Assembly: GCA_965205975.1 (NCBI GenBank)
Contig: OZ242195.1
Coordinates: 4,608,001-4,672,000, forward strand
Reading direction: 5' to 3'
DNA from: Candidatus Latescibacterota bacterium
GTDB taxonomy: Bacteria; Latescibacterota; UBA2968
DNA: 64,000 bases
The stretch's first letter is position 1; each line of letters opens with the position of its first letter. This document shows positions 1 to 10,197 of this stretch, one piece after another. Under the pieces are notes generated by a model. That model was given only the letters and a program-made list of their open reading frames with translations. It did no database searches and was not told the DNA's origin. The position numbers and the translations under genes were made by a program.

Positions 1-2
1 AT

Positions 3-1112
3 CTGGTCAATCAAATCCGGGAGTTGGTCGAGCATTCGGTTGGGATTCCCGGAAGACATATTTTACTCAATGGGTCTCATTCCCATTCGGGGCCCTCTGT
101 GATGGCTTTCCGATGTATGGGCGACCGCGATGCAGCTTATGAAGATGTTCTGTGTCGCAAGATCGTTGGGGCTATTAAAATGGCGGCAGAAGGATTGATA
201 CCCGCATCGCTTTCGCACGGGCGAAAATCCGTGCGTATTGCACATAACCGCAGGGAGATGCGCGATGGACGCATTGTGCTGGGCCATCATCCCAAAGGTC
301 CCGAAGCGCCCTGGGTCGATGTGGTGCGCGTGGATACAGCAGGCGGTGTACCTGTGGCTGTTGTATTCGCGACTGCGGCGCATCCCGTGAATTTGAATGC
401 GCTATCGATCAGTGCAGAGTTTCCGGGATATGCCGCGCAGTTTGTGCGGGATAATTTGGCGATGCCTCTGTTTTTGCAGGGTTGTTGTGGAGATATTAAC
501 TGTTCTCCAAAGGATGGGAAATTTGAGGGATGCGAGTTGTTGGGCACGCGTCTGGGCGCGGTCACGGTGACGGCTGCGTTACATGCCGAGAGGCTGGAGG
601 GTGATGAGCTGAAGGTGAATAATCGAGTTGTCGAATTGCCTCTTATGGTACCCGATGTCGATGAAGCAGAGCGTGCACTTGCAGATGCCACAGCGAATTT
701 GCAACGCGTGCGAGGGGACAAAAATATAACGCCTTACCGACGGCGTCAACAATACGCAGGGATGGTCGGGTGGGCAAAGGATTATGTGCGGGCTGCGAAA
801 AGAGGCGGAAGTCCAACAGAGTCGTTTGAGATTCAGACCATGCATATTGGCAATTTGGCAGTGGTGGGATATCCAGGGGAGATGTTTGTCGATTACCAGT
901 TGTTTTTAGATGATGCTTCTCCTTTTGATAGAACTATCGCACTGGGATATACCAATGGGTGTATTGGGTATGTTCCGACTGCGGATGCCTATCCTGTTGG
1001 TGGATATGAAGTCGAACAAGCTTTTAAGTATTATGGAACATTAATGATGGGTGCGGAGTGTGAAGATATGATTAAAACGACGACGGTTGATATGCTGAGA
1101 GAGATGACATAA
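3..1112 (+). CDS. Neutral/alkaline ceramidase-like protein (5'-truncated by window edge)
   Basis: Frame open from nt 3; HSHSGP, HP, GxxGDIN and GYTNGCIGYVPT..GGYE motifs; paralog at 48507-49772. Confidence 0.75.
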   Translation: MVNQIRELVEHSVGIPGRHILLNGSHSHSGPSVMAFRCMGDRDAAYEDVLCRKIVGAIKMAAEGLIPASLSHGRKSVRIAHNRREMRDGRIVLGHHPKGPEAPWVDVVRVDTAGGVPVAVVFATAAHPVNLNALSISAEFPGYAAQFVRDNLAMPLFLQGCCGDINCSPKDGKFEGCELLGTRLGAVTVTAALHAERLEGDELKVNNRVVELPLMVPDVDEAERALADATANLQRVRGDKNITPYRRRQQYAGMVGWAKDYVRAAKRGGSPTESFEIQTMHIGNLAVVGYPGEMFVDYQLFLDDASPFDRTIALGYTNGCIGYVPTADAYPVGGYEVEQAFKYYGTLMMGAECEDMIKTTTVDMLREMT

Positions 1113-1334
1113 GGAAAAAAATGTCTATATATTGTATAATAAAGTATTTATACCACCTGAAATTGTAGAAATCGCTTGACAGGTAGCTTGTATATTCATA
1201 GATATATATTTTGTGAGAGTATTTATTTGGTGGTGGTTCTCTATAAGCGCGGGTTATATGTACGCCGAGATCCATCATATCTCATCAAGCCAGATCCCAA
1301 TAGCCGATTCATCGGCACTGTTGTGGGGGCTGCA

Positions 1335-2519
1335 ATGTATCGAAACGTTTTCTATATGATGCTGGTCGTGCTTTTTCCCCTTTCGGGATACGCGCAATCA
1401 GATATCGATATCGATTTTGACAATAACGGCGTCGTTGATGAGCAAGATCTCGCAGCTCTGACCGCAGCTTTTGGTACAAATCAGGCGCAGTATGATTTGC
1501 ACCCAGATGGCGTGATTAATTTTCAAGATCTTATTATTTTTGCTGGTGCTTACAACCAGAGAGATACCTCTGAAGTCGTGCCGATTACCAGAGATGTCGA
1601 GGAGCAAGTAGCTTCTGCTCAGGTCGAATTTTTTGAGCTTTCGACGAATAGCCGGCCAAATGATCTGGCGATAGACCCTCAAGGGTATATATGGTTTACA
1701 GAGGTGGGGGGCAATGCAATTGGCCGATTAGAGCCGCGCACAGATATGATTCTCAGATTTTCTTTGACCACGACGGGTGCGCAACCACACAGTATTGCCC
1801 TCGATAGTCAGGGGCACGTCTGGTTTACTGAAATTGCCGCCAATCGAATTGGTGTGCTGGCTCCTTTCTCTGGGGATATCCAGGAGTTTACTATTCCGAC
1901 TCCGGGCAGTCGGCCAATGAATTTGAAATTTGACGATCAAGGGAGGATCTGGTTTATCGAGAGTGCAGCCGATCGCATTGCCCGTTTGGACCCCGTCACT
2001 GAAACGATAGAAGAATTTTCAATTGGCGAACAAGATGTCGCGCTTGGTTCGCTTCAGATAGATGACAGTGGACAGGTCTGGTTTGTCGATCGCGAGCAAA
2101 GCCTGTTGGGTACGCTCGACCCCGATACCGAAGAGATTACAACCTTTTCGCTTCCAAGTGATAGTCTTGCAATTGGGCAAATGGGATTGGATTCAGTGGG
2201 GAAGGTGTGGTTTACGGATACGGATTCGACAAGGCTGGGCATGTTTGATTTTGTCTCCAGGCAAACGAGCTATTTCCGATTTCCCGAAAAGATGGAATCT
2301 CCTTATGCTTTGGAGGTCGATTCGAATGATCGCGTGTGGGTCGGTGGACAATCGTCGGGATGGCTGACCAGTTTTAGTTTGCAAGATACGACGTTTACAC
2401 TCTATGGGATTTCCGATGATGATGTTGAGGTCAAAAACTTGCGCGTTGATCCCAGAGGTGTTGTCTGGATTGTCGATTCAACCGGGAATCGAATTGGACG
2501 TATTGAAACGTCTGATTAA
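1335..2519 (+). CDS. Secreted Vgb (virginiamycin B lyase)-like beta-propeller protein with N-terminal dockerin/EF-hand-like domain
   Basis: Signal peptide after ATG 1335; DFDNNGVVD/DLHPDGVIN motifs; repeated PxxLAxDxxGxIWFTExxxNxIG blades. Confidence 0.8.
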   Translation: MYRNVFYMMLVVLFPLSGYAQSDIDIDFDNNGVVDEQDLAALTAAFGTNQAQYDLHPDGVINFQDLIIFAGAYNQRDTSEVVPITRDVEEQVASAQVEFFELSTNSRPNDLAIDPQGYIWFTEVGGNAIGRLEPRTDMILRFSLTTTGAQPHSIALDSQGHVWFTEIAANRIGVLAPFSGDIQEFTIPTPGSRPMNLKFDDQGRIWFIESAADRIARLDPVTETIEEFSIGEQDVALGSLQIDDSGQVWFVDREQSLLGTLDPDTEEITTFSLPSDSLAIGQMGLDSVGKVWFTDTDSTRLGMFDFVSRQTSYFRFPEKMESPYALEVDSNDRVWVGGQSSGWLTSFSLQDTTFTLYGISDDDVEVKNLRVDPRGVVWIVDSTGNRIGRIETSD

Positions 2520-2579
2520 CTGTTTGTCTAATCGCCAGAGGAACAGATTTTTAGGACAAGCAAGAGTAGGTCTGCAAGC

Positions 2580-2609
2580 AAAGCACTCTATATTTAGAGT
2601 GCTTTTTTT
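2580..2609 (+). terminator. Rho-independent terminator
   Basis: AAAGCACTCTA-TATT-TAGAGTGCTTT followed by T-run. Confidence 0.8.
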
Positions 2610-2622
2610 ATTTAAAAAGGCG

Positions 2623-2653
2623 TTGACACACCAGAAGGCACATACTATATACT
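2623..2653 (+). promoter_or_regulatory. Putative sigma70 promoter of the ABC/lyase operon
   Basis: TTGACA at 2623; TATATA/TATACT at 2646-2653. Confidence 0.5.
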
Positions 2654-2682
2654 TTTACGCTAAACATGAGGAGCCAACGGTT

Positions 2683-4086
2683 ATGAAATATTGCAATGCC
2701 ATTTTTTGTTTTGCTCTTATCGGATTGCTGGTTTTGCCCTGTGATGCCGATCAGTTGGTGCTGATGTCGCCACATTCAGATGAGATCCAAAATGAGTTTG
2801 AGTCAGCTTTTGTGGCTTTTTATCAAAAGACTACAGGACGAGATGTGCGGGTAGAATGGCTCGATATCGGTGCGGGTACGAGTGCGATTTTGCGTTATAT
2901 CAAATCGGAATTTGGGCGGTCGCCAGAAGGCATTGGCATCGATATCTTTTTTGGTGGGGGCACCACGCCTTATGTGGATTTGTCTGAGCGAGGGCTGTGT
3001 CAATCCTATCGGTTGTCCGATGCCGCGCTCAATCGATTACCCGCGCAGATTGGAGGGGTTCCGCTTTACGATTCGGCCTATCAATGGTATGGTGCAACGC
3101 TGTCTGGTTTTGGTATTGTGTATAATCGGCGCGTGCTTGAAATTTTGAATTTGCCTATCCCCCAAACCTGGGCGGATTTGGGGGCACCGGAATTGTTCTC
3201 GTGGGTTGGTTCGGGCGATCCGCGCAAGAGTGGCAGCGTGCATATGGCTTATGAATTAATTTTGCAGGCTTATGGCTGGGAAAGAGGATGGGAAGTGATT
3301 ACCACAATGGGGGCCAATGTGCGAAATTTTGGACAAGGTGGTTCTTATGCGCCCAGGGAAGTTGCTATGGGTGAGGTGGCTTATGGTTTGTCTATCGACT
3401 TTTATGCCTGGGCACAAGTCGCAGAAGTAGGCGATGAATACGTGGGCTTTGTGATGCCCGATAATTTGACTATTGTCAATCCCGATGGTATTGCCATATT
3501 AAAGGGTGCGCCAAACCTGGAGGTGGCACAGGTGTTTTTGGAGTTTGTGATGTCCGATGCGGGGCAAAAACTCTGGTTTTTAAAAAAGGGCGTACCGGGC
3601 GGTCCTGTCGTGAAGCAGTTGAATCGGTTTACCGTATTGCCCGATTTGTACACGCGCTATCAGAGTGATGCTGCGGTGACGTTAAATCCCTTTGAATGGC
3701 GTTCCGATTTGATATACGATGCTGAACTGGGCAGTGGGCGATGGCGCGTGTTGAACGATTTGATCGGCGTGATGGTTATTGACTCGCATCAGGCATTACA
3801 AGCTGCCTGGAAGGACGCGATGACAGATGGCGTGTCAGCGGAAGAACGCAAGACGCTGTCATCTGTTCCCATTTCAGAGGCTGAAGCACTGAAATGGGAG
3901 CGGTCATGGGGAGATGCCGAGATGCGCAATCGGACAATGGCTGGTTGGACGGATTTTGTGCGCGACAAATACGTTACTCGCGATGTACCTTTGTCTGTGC
4001 GTATCACCAATGCGATTACTCTGTTTTTTCCTATGGGTATTGCCGGCTGTGTAGTGGCTTATTTGTGGCGTTTGCGCAGAAATTAA
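2683..4086 (+). CDS. ABC transporter substrate-binding protein (Fe3+/thiamine/AfuA-like class) with C-terminal TM helix
   Basis: GAGGAG upstream of ATG 2683; signal peptide; DIFFGGG, PxTWxDL, DPxxSGS, AILKGAPN motifs; hydrophobic C-terminus followed by RLRRN. Confidence 0.85.
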   Translation: MKYCNAIFCFALIGLLVLPCDADQLVLMSPHSDEIQNEFESAFVAFYQKTTGRDVRVEWLDIGAGTSAILRYIKSEFGRSPEGIGIDIFFGGGTTPYVDLSERGLCQSYRLSDAALNRLPAQIGGVPLYDSAYQWYGATLSGFGIVYNRRVLEILNLPIPQTWADLGAPELFSWVGSGDPRKSGSVHMAYELILQAYGWERGWEVITTMGANVRNFGQGGSYAPREVAMGEVAYGLSIDFYAWAQVAEVGDEYVGFVMPDNLTIVNPDGIAILKGAPNLEVAQVFLEFVMSDAGQKLWFLKKGVPGGPVVKQLNRFTVLPDLYTRYQSDAAVTLNPFEWRSDLIYDAELGSGRWRVLNDLIGVMVIDSHQALQAAWKDAMTDGVSAEERKTLSSVPISEAEALKWERSWGDAEMRNRTMAGWTDFVRDKYVTRDVPLSVRITNAITLFFPMGIAGCVVAYLWRLRRN

Positions 4087-4098
4087 AAAGGGTGCGAC

Positions 4099-5190
4099 AT
4101 GTTCGGAATCAGGCTGGAAAATGTGACCAAGCGTTTTGACAATGTTCTGGCATTGGATCGCATCAATCTGGAAATTGACGCGGGGGAGTTCTTTTTTTTG
4201 TTGGGTCCCTCTGGTTGTGGGAAAACTACGTTGCTGCGTATTTTGGCGGGTTTTGAGCAGCCCGAGAGTGGTCGGGTGCTTTTTGATGAACGCGATGTGA
4301 CTGCTGTGCCTCCGCACGAGCGCAATACGGGCATGGTGTTTCAGAATTATGCCTTGTGGCCTCACATGACGGTTTGGAAAAATGTGGAATACGGCCTTAC
4401 GATGCGCAATATGCCACAGCACGAGCGCGACCAAAAAGTGAAGCGCGCTCTGGAAATGGTTCAGATGAGTGGTTATGCCAGGCGGTCGCCCAATCAGCTT
4501 TCGGGGGGGCAGCAACAGCGCGTGGCACTGGCGCGGGCACTGGTTATAGAACCGGATGTTGTGTTGTTGGACGAGCCGCTTTCCAATCTGGATGCGCGAT
4601 TGCGGTTGGAGATGCGCGAGCAGTTGCTGGATTTACAGCGGACTCTGGATGTTACGATGATTTATGTGACACACGATCAAAAAGAAGCGCTGGCTATGGG
4701 CGAGCGCATTGCGGTTATGCAGATGGGTAAGGTGGCGCAAATCGGTACACCACGCGATGTTTACAGGCAACCACTCACGCGCTTTGTCGCGGATTTTATT
4801 GGCGAGATCAATTTGATTTCTGGGGAGATAAAATCTGTGGAATCCGGGGTGGTTGCTGCAACAGATGTGGGGGATATTCTCGGGCAGGCGGGATATGAGG
4901 GTATTCAGGTTGGGGATCGGGTGTTGTGCGCGATTCGGCCCGAGGCGATAGGTTTTCTTTTAGATGAATCTGGGGCGGTAGATAATGTCATTTTTGGGCA
5001 TGTGCGGCGTGCAATTTATCTGGGCGAAGTCGAACAATTTTTTGTTGAATTGGCAAGTGGAGATCAGGTCAAATTAATTAAATACGACGCGACTATGCAG
5101 CACGTACAACCCGGCGATGAGGTACGACTGGGGTTTTCGCAAGTGGTCATGTTGCGCGATGAAGCGGAGGACCGCGATGAAGCGGTTTGA
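4099..5190 (+). CDS. ABC transporter ATP-binding protein (PotA/FbpC type)
   Basis: GPSGCGKT, LSGGQQQRVALAR, LLDEP, TOBE-like C-terminus. Confidence 0.95.
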   Translation: MFGIRLENVTKRFDNVLALDRINLEIDAGEFFFLLGPSGCGKTTLLRILAGFEQPESGRVLFDERDVTAVPPHERNTGMVFQNYALWPHMTVWKNVEYGLTMRNMPQHERDQKVKRALEMVQMSGYARRSPNQLSGGQQQRVALARALVIEPDVVLLDEPLSNLDARLRLEMREQLLDLQRTLDVTMIYVTHDQKEALAMGERIAVMQMGKVAQIGTPRDVYRQPLTRFVADFIGEINLISGEIKSVESGVVAATDVGDILGQAGYEGIQVGDRVLCAIRPEAIGFLLDESGAVDNVIFGHVRRAIYLGEVEQFFVELASGDQVKLIKYDATMQHVQPGDEVRLGFSQVVMLRDEAEDRDEAV

Positions 5191-6862
5191 TCTCAATTGG
5201 CCCACGCTCATTTTTCTGGTGGGGTTGATCGGCTTTTTTGTCTTGTTTTTGTTTTATCCTCTATGGTATGCTTTTGTGCAGTCGCTGGTGGTGGATGGCA
5301 GGTTCACGTTTGCGTTTTACGAATTAATGGTGACGAGTCCGGTTTATCAGGAATCTATTCTCAATAGTTTTCGGCTGGGGATGATTACGACCATTGCGAC
5401 TACGTTGCTCAGTTTGCCTCTGGCGTTTTTGCTGGTGCGATACGATTTTGCTGGCAAAGGATTTCTCAATGGTTTGATTCTGGTGCCTATGGTTTTGCCC
5501 CCGTTTGTAGGGGCGATTGGCATGAAGCAGATGTTTGCGCGTTTTGGTTCTATCAATTTGTTGCTTCTGGATTTGGGGCTTATCGATCAGCCCATAGATT
5601 GGTTTGGCGGCGGTGGCTTTGTGGGTGTGGTGATTTTAGAGGTGCTGCATCTCTACCCCATTATGTATCTCAATGTGGCCGCTGCGCTTGCCAATGTCGA
5701 TCCGAGTCTGGAAGAGGCGGCGCGCAATATGGGTAGCCGCGGGTTTCGCCTTTTTCGCACGGTGACATTTCCGCTGATGTTGCCGGGCTATTTTGCCGGG
5801 GCGATTATTGTTTTTATCTGGGCGTTTACCGATTTGGGGACGCCGCTTATTTTTAATTATCGCCAGGTTGTGGCGGTCGAGATTTTCAATTCTATTGAGG
5901 ATATTAACGAAAATCCGATGGCTTACGCGCTCGTTGTCTTTGTGTTGCTGTTGACGGTCTTTTTCTTTTATCTGTCAAAGGCGACGCTGGGCAATCGCCG
6001 CTATGAGATGATTGCGCGAGGGTATATCAGTTCGGGATCGCGCCCCGCTTCTCGCGGGATGACGGTGTTGATTTACGCCGCGATGCTGTCGCTTACGGGC
6101 ATTGCTCTGATTCCGCATATGAGTGTGTTTTTGACGTCTATTGCCGAACGCTGGTTTATGGCTGTGCTGCCCCAGGAGACGACCGGGCGATTTTATACGA
6201 TGGTTTTTGAACATCCGATGTCTCTGTCCAGTATTGAGATGAGTCTGATATTGAGTGTGTTGAGTACGACGCTGGATGTTGTTCTGGGTATTGCCATTGC
6301 CTATTTGTTGACGCGTACCCGCATCCCGTATAAGGGCGTTTTAGATGCGGTGGCGATGTTGCCTTTAGCCCTGCCCGGTCTGGTGCTGGCTTTTGGGTAT
6401 TTGGCGGGATATTCGGGCACTTTTTTAGATGCGCGGCACTATCCCGTGCCACTGCTGGTTATTGCCTATGCGGTGCGGCGGTTGCCCTATATGGTGCGCG
6501 CGGCGTATGCGGGATTTCAGCAGACGAGTGTGACGCTGGAAGAGGCGGCTCAGAATTTGGGGGCTTCCCGGTTGCGCACGCTTTTTCAAATTACATTTCC
6601 GCTGATTTTAGCCAATCTGGTGGCTGGCGGTATTTTGTGTTTTGCGTTTGCCATGCTCGAGGTGAGCGATAGTTTGATTTTGGCACTCAAGGACGAGTAC
6701 TATCCCATCACAAAAGCGATTTACGCGCTTATGGGGCGCATTGCAGATGGCGCGTATTTGGCCAGTGCGATGGGTGTTTTTGGTATGGTGTTGCTGATTG
6801 TGAGTTTGTTTTTGGCCGGGCGATTTTTGGGCAGGCGCATGGGCGAGTTGTTCCGCGCATGA
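5177..6862 (+). CDS. ABC transporter permease with duplicated TM domain (FbpB type)
   Basis: Two EAA motifs (LEEAARNMG, LEEAAQNLG); many TM segments; GGAGG before ATG 5177. Confidence 0.92.
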   Translation: MKRFDLNWPTLIFLVGLIGFFVLFLFYPLWYAFVQSLVVDGRFTFAFYELMVTSPVYQESILNSFRLGMITTIATTLLSLPLAFLLVRYDFAGKGFLNGLILVPMVLPPFVGAIGMKQMFARFGSINLLLLDLGLIDQPIDWFGGGGFVGVVILEVLHLYPIMYLNVAAALANVDPSLEEAARNMGSRGFRLFRTVTFPLMLPGYFAGAIIVFIWAFTDLGTPLIFNYRQVVAVEIFNSIEDINENPMAYALVVFVLLLTVFFFYLSKATLGNRRYEMIARGYISSGSRPASRGMTVLIYAAMLSLTGIALIPHMSVFLTSIAERWFMAVLPQETTGRFYTMVFEHPMSLSSIEMSLILSVLSTTLDVVLGIAIAYLLTRTRIPYKGVLDAVAMLPLALPGLVLAFGYLAGYSGTFLDARHYPVPLLVIAYAVRRLPYMVRAAYAGFQQTSVTLEEAAQNLGASRLRTLFQITFPLILANLVAGGILCFAFAMLEVSDSLILALKDEYYPITKAIYALMGRIADGAYLASAMGVFGMVLLIVSLFLAGRFLGRRMGELFRA

Positions 6863-6879
6863 TGAAAGTGCAAGAGGAT

Positions 6880-9800
6880 ATGATGAATTTACGGAGATGG
6901 ATAATTATTTTTGCAGGGGGTGTGATAGGCCTGGTCAATGCGGCGATGGCACAGAATACACCATGGCGCTATGATTTTGAGGCGTTGTCAGGGGCCTATC
7001 GAGCAGATGCAGGCAGTCAGGTTTCGCTTTCGACGAGGCGTTACAAATGGGGCGCGCAATCCCTGAAGTGGGAATGGCAGAATAATGGATGGCTTGTGTT
7101 CACGGATCCCGCGCCGGGACGTAGCGACGCTTTGACCGGGTTTCGAGCGTGGGTGTACAACGAGGAGGCACTCGATGAGAAGCTGATCTTTGCATTTGGC
7201 ACGGAATCCGAATTGGCGACAAACAATCCGCGCTATCAGTTCGAGTTTGGCTTGAATTTTACGGGCTGGCGGACGATGTGGATCCATTTCGAAGAGGATG
7301 CGCGGAACAGTGCTTATAGGGGTGCGGCAGATGGGCGTGTGACGGCGTTTGAGATCCGTGCGTCGAATAGTGGGACTGTGTATCTGGATTTGATGGAGTT
7401 GGTGGAGAGAATTCACCACAGGCGGTCTGCTGACGCACAGGTTCCCTTTGTCAATGCAAATATAGCAGATAGAACTCGCGAATATCGGTGGCGTAGAAAC
7501 AGATTGCCAGGTCCGCTTCTTTCTCGGATTACCAATGGTGAGAGGCTGGCTTTTGAGACGATTGCGGCGCGATATGAGGCATGGGTGTTCGGCAACAGGG
7601 TAAAGGATGATCAGCGGGAGCCCGTGAGGATTCGGCTCAATGAGCTTGAGGATTACATAAGGCGCGGGTATAGCAATCTGGCAGATTACGAGATTCGACG
7701 CGAGGATGACCGCATTATAGGAAACCCCCTGTTTGCGGCGCGGTCGCCCTATACCCCTTCTTTTCAGAGTGTTTTTCAGGGGGTTTTGTTGCGTCTGGTG
7801 CTGGATTATCGGTTGAATGGCAATGAGGAGGCCAAAGATCGCGTGATAGATCTCTTCGATTATCTACACGATCAGGGGTGGGCAGATGGCAGTGGTATTG
7901 GCGCGTTGCACCACGAGTTTTTGCGGATTGCTGGCTATGCTCATGCGGTGTATTTGATGCGTGATATTCTGGGGGATACACAGCGGCTGGAACGGGAGTT
8001 AGCGAGTTTGAAATGGTATAGTATGTTTGGCGAGTTGTATGAACAGACCTGGGATCCGGGCACGAATGCGGATTTTTTGCGTTCGGTGGCGATGTATCGG
8101 TTGTTGTGTATTTTGATGATGGACGATTCGCCCGAGAAGGTGGCGAATATGCGCCGCTATGTTGTATGGCTCAACAATGCGCTATCTATTGCGCCGGGGT
8201 GGTTGGATACGATTAAGCCAGATTTTGTGGGGTTTCACCATCGGGGTATCTATGCCAATGCGTATGCGCCACACGCTTTTCACGTGGCTTCTGTTCTGGT
8301 GTATTTGTTGCACGATACGCCTTTTGCAGTTGCAGATGATAAGCGCAATAATTTGAAGCAGGCGCTGTTGACGGCGAGGGTGATGGCGAATACGTATGAT
8401 ATTTCAACAGCTATCGGTGGTCGCTTTCCGCTCAATACGACGGTAACCGATGATCTTTTGCCAGCATATATGTATATGGCTTTGGGTTATCCTGCGGTGG
8501 ATGCGGAGTTGTCTGGTGCGTTTATGCAGCTTTGGAAGCCGAAGTCGCAGTTGTTGATCGAAGGTTTGTTCGAACAAGCATCTGCAGGAATCTTGTATTT
8601 GCATACGCCTGGTGCCGCGCAAATGATGGCGGATTTTGCAGAGGCAGGGCATCTTCCTGCTGCTCCGCCTTCGGGGCACTGGACGCTGCCTTATGGCGCG
8701 CTGTCCATTCATCGGCGTGGGGACTGGATGGTGAGTATGAAGGGGTGGAGCAAGTACGTGTGGGATTACGAGTCGTCAAATAGCGGGGAAAATCAACTCG
8801 GTCGTTATTTGAGCTATGGTTCGATGCTGATTTACAGCAGTGGCGATCCTGTTGGCCGCGAGGCGAGTGGGATTGTTCGGGATGGGTGGGATTGGAGTAT
8901 GTGGCCGGGTACGACGGTGATTCGCTTGAGTCATGCGCAGCTCAAGCACGAGGGACGGGATCGCAATTTTTCGGATGAGACTTTTGTGGGTGGGGTGAAT
9001 ATGGGAGGAAAAAATGGCGTGTTTGCGCTGAAGTTGCACGATACGAGGTTCAATACGAGTTTTCGGGCGGTTAAGACGGTGTTCTGTTTTGACGATGTGT
9101 TGGTCTGCTTGGGGTCTGGTATTGAGAATGATGATGGGGGGCCTGCGACGGTGACGCCGTTGTTTCAAGCGGCTATTTCTGAGGACCGTCCTACGGAGGT
9201 AAATGGGGAGCGTGTAGGTGCGATTCCATACATGTTTGCAGGGACCGCGGGACAGAGGACCTGGCTGATGGATTCAAGGGGGAATGGGTATGTGATTCCA
9301 GATGGGGGCGATTTGCGGGTGCAGCGTCAGGTGCAAGCTCCTGGAGATTTTGGTTATGATAGCGGTGGTACAGGAACTTTTGAATTGGCGTATCTGGATC
9401 ACGGCCCCATGCCTCGTGGTGCGTCATATCACTATGCCGTGCTGGTTCAGGGGTCGCCGGATAGGGTAAGCGCGTTTGCCAATGCACCCCAGTATGATGT
9501 GTGGCAGCAAGATCGTTATGCCCATATCGTGAATCATGTCGGGATGAAAATGACGGGCTATGCGTTGTTTGACAGGGGTGCAAGGCCAACAGGTGGTCCG
9601 ATTGTGTCTGTGTCTTTGCCGAGTTTGGTTATGACCCACGAGGTAGGTAATGGGTTATTGGTTTCGGTTGCGGACCCGGATTTTGGTTGGAGTTGGGAGA
9701 TCCAGACGCCGCATCGGCAAGATGGTTCGCTAATTGTCAATCAGGCGAGTGAGCCCCGGAAAGTAGAGGTGACAGTGCGCGGAAAATGGTGCTTGGACCA

Positions 9801-10146
9801 GTCCTATGACCTGGTAGAGATTGTAGAGGAAAGCGAGGATCAGACGGTTATGGCGTTTATCTGTCAGGATGGCAAGACCGTAGAAGTGAAACTGATTGGG
9901 GCAGATGTCAGTTTTAAAAGTCCGGATTTTGATGGAAATGGTGTGGTCGGGATCGCGGATTTTTTGCTATTTGTCAACCACTTTGGTCTGTCGGAGGGGG
10001 ATGCGGGTTTTGACGCAAAATACGATCTGGATGGCAATGGCATAGTGGGGATAAGCGATTTTCTGATTTTTGTAGAGGGATTTGGCAAGCCGGTGAGCGG
10101 AAAACCAGTGGCTCTCCGAAATGGGAGCGAAAAATTGGGGTCGTGA
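6880..10146 (+). CDS. Polysaccharide lyase family 8, chondroitinase ABC-like, with C-terminal dockerin/EF-hand-like domain
   Basis: Signal peptide; LNFTGWR, DQGWADGS, IKPDFxGFHHxxxYxxAY, NQLGRYLSYG, GWDW motifs; C-terminal DFDGNGVVGIADF repeats; start 6880 or 6883. Confidence 0.85.
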   Translation: MMNLRRWIIIFAGGVIGLVNAAMAQNTPWRYDFEALSGAYRADAGSQVSLSTRRYKWGAQSLKWEWQNNGWLVFTDPAPGRSDALTGFRAWVYNEEALDEKLIFAFGTESELATNNPRYQFEFGLNFTGWRTMWIHFEEDARNSAYRGAADGRVTAFEIRASNSGTVYLDLMELVERIHHRRSADAQVPFVNANIADRTREYRWRRNRLPGPLLSRITNGERLAFETIAARYEAWVFGNRVKDDQREPVRIRLNELEDYIRRGYSNLADYEIRREDDRIIGNPLFAARSPYTPSFQSVFQGVLLRLVLDYRLNGNEEAKDRVIDLFDYLHDQGWADGSGIGALHHEFLRIAGYAHAVYLMRDILGDTQRLERELASLKWYSMFGELYEQTWDPGTNADFLRSVAMYRLLCILMMDDSPEKVANMRRYVVWLNNALSIAPGWLDTIKPDFVGFHHRGIYANAYAPHAFHVASVLVYLLHDTPFAVADDKRNNLKQALLTARVMANTYDISTAIGGRFPLNTTVTDDLLPAYMYMALGYPAVDAELSGAFMQLWKPKSQLLIEGLFEQASAGILYLHTPGAAQMMADFAEAGHLPAAPPSGHWTLPYGALSIHRRGDWMVSMKGWSKYVWDYESSNSGENQLGRYLSYGSMLIYSSGDPVGREASGIVRDGWDWSMWPGTTVIRLSHAQLKHEGRDRNFSDETFVGGVNMGGKNGVFALKLHDTRFNTSFRAVKTVFCFDDVLVCLGSGIENDDGGPATVTPLFQAAISEDRPTEVNGERVGAIPYMFAGTAGQRTWLMDSRGNGYVIPDGGDLRVQRQVQAPGDFGYDSGGTGTFELAYLDHGPMPRGASYHYAVLVQGSPDRVSAFANAPQYDVWQQDRYAHIVNHVGMKMTGYALFDRGARPTGGPIVSVSLPSLVMTHEVGNGLLVSVADPDFGWSWEIQTPHRQDGSLIVNQASEPRKVEVTVRGKWCLDQSYDLVEIVEESEDQTVMAFICQDGKTVEVKLIGADVSFKSPDFDGNGVVGIADFLLFVNHFGLSEGDAGFDAKYDLDGNGIVGISDFLIFVEGFGKPVSGKPVALRNGSEKLGS

Positions 10147-10163
10147 TAGTTTGCTGGTATAAC

Positions 10164-10197
10164 AAAAAAGCCGCCACACAATGTGGCGGCTTTTTTT
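10164..10197. terminator. Bidirectional intrinsic terminator
   Basis: AAAAAAGCCGCCACA-CAA-TGTGGCGGCTTTTTTT between convergent genes. Confidence 0.9.
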
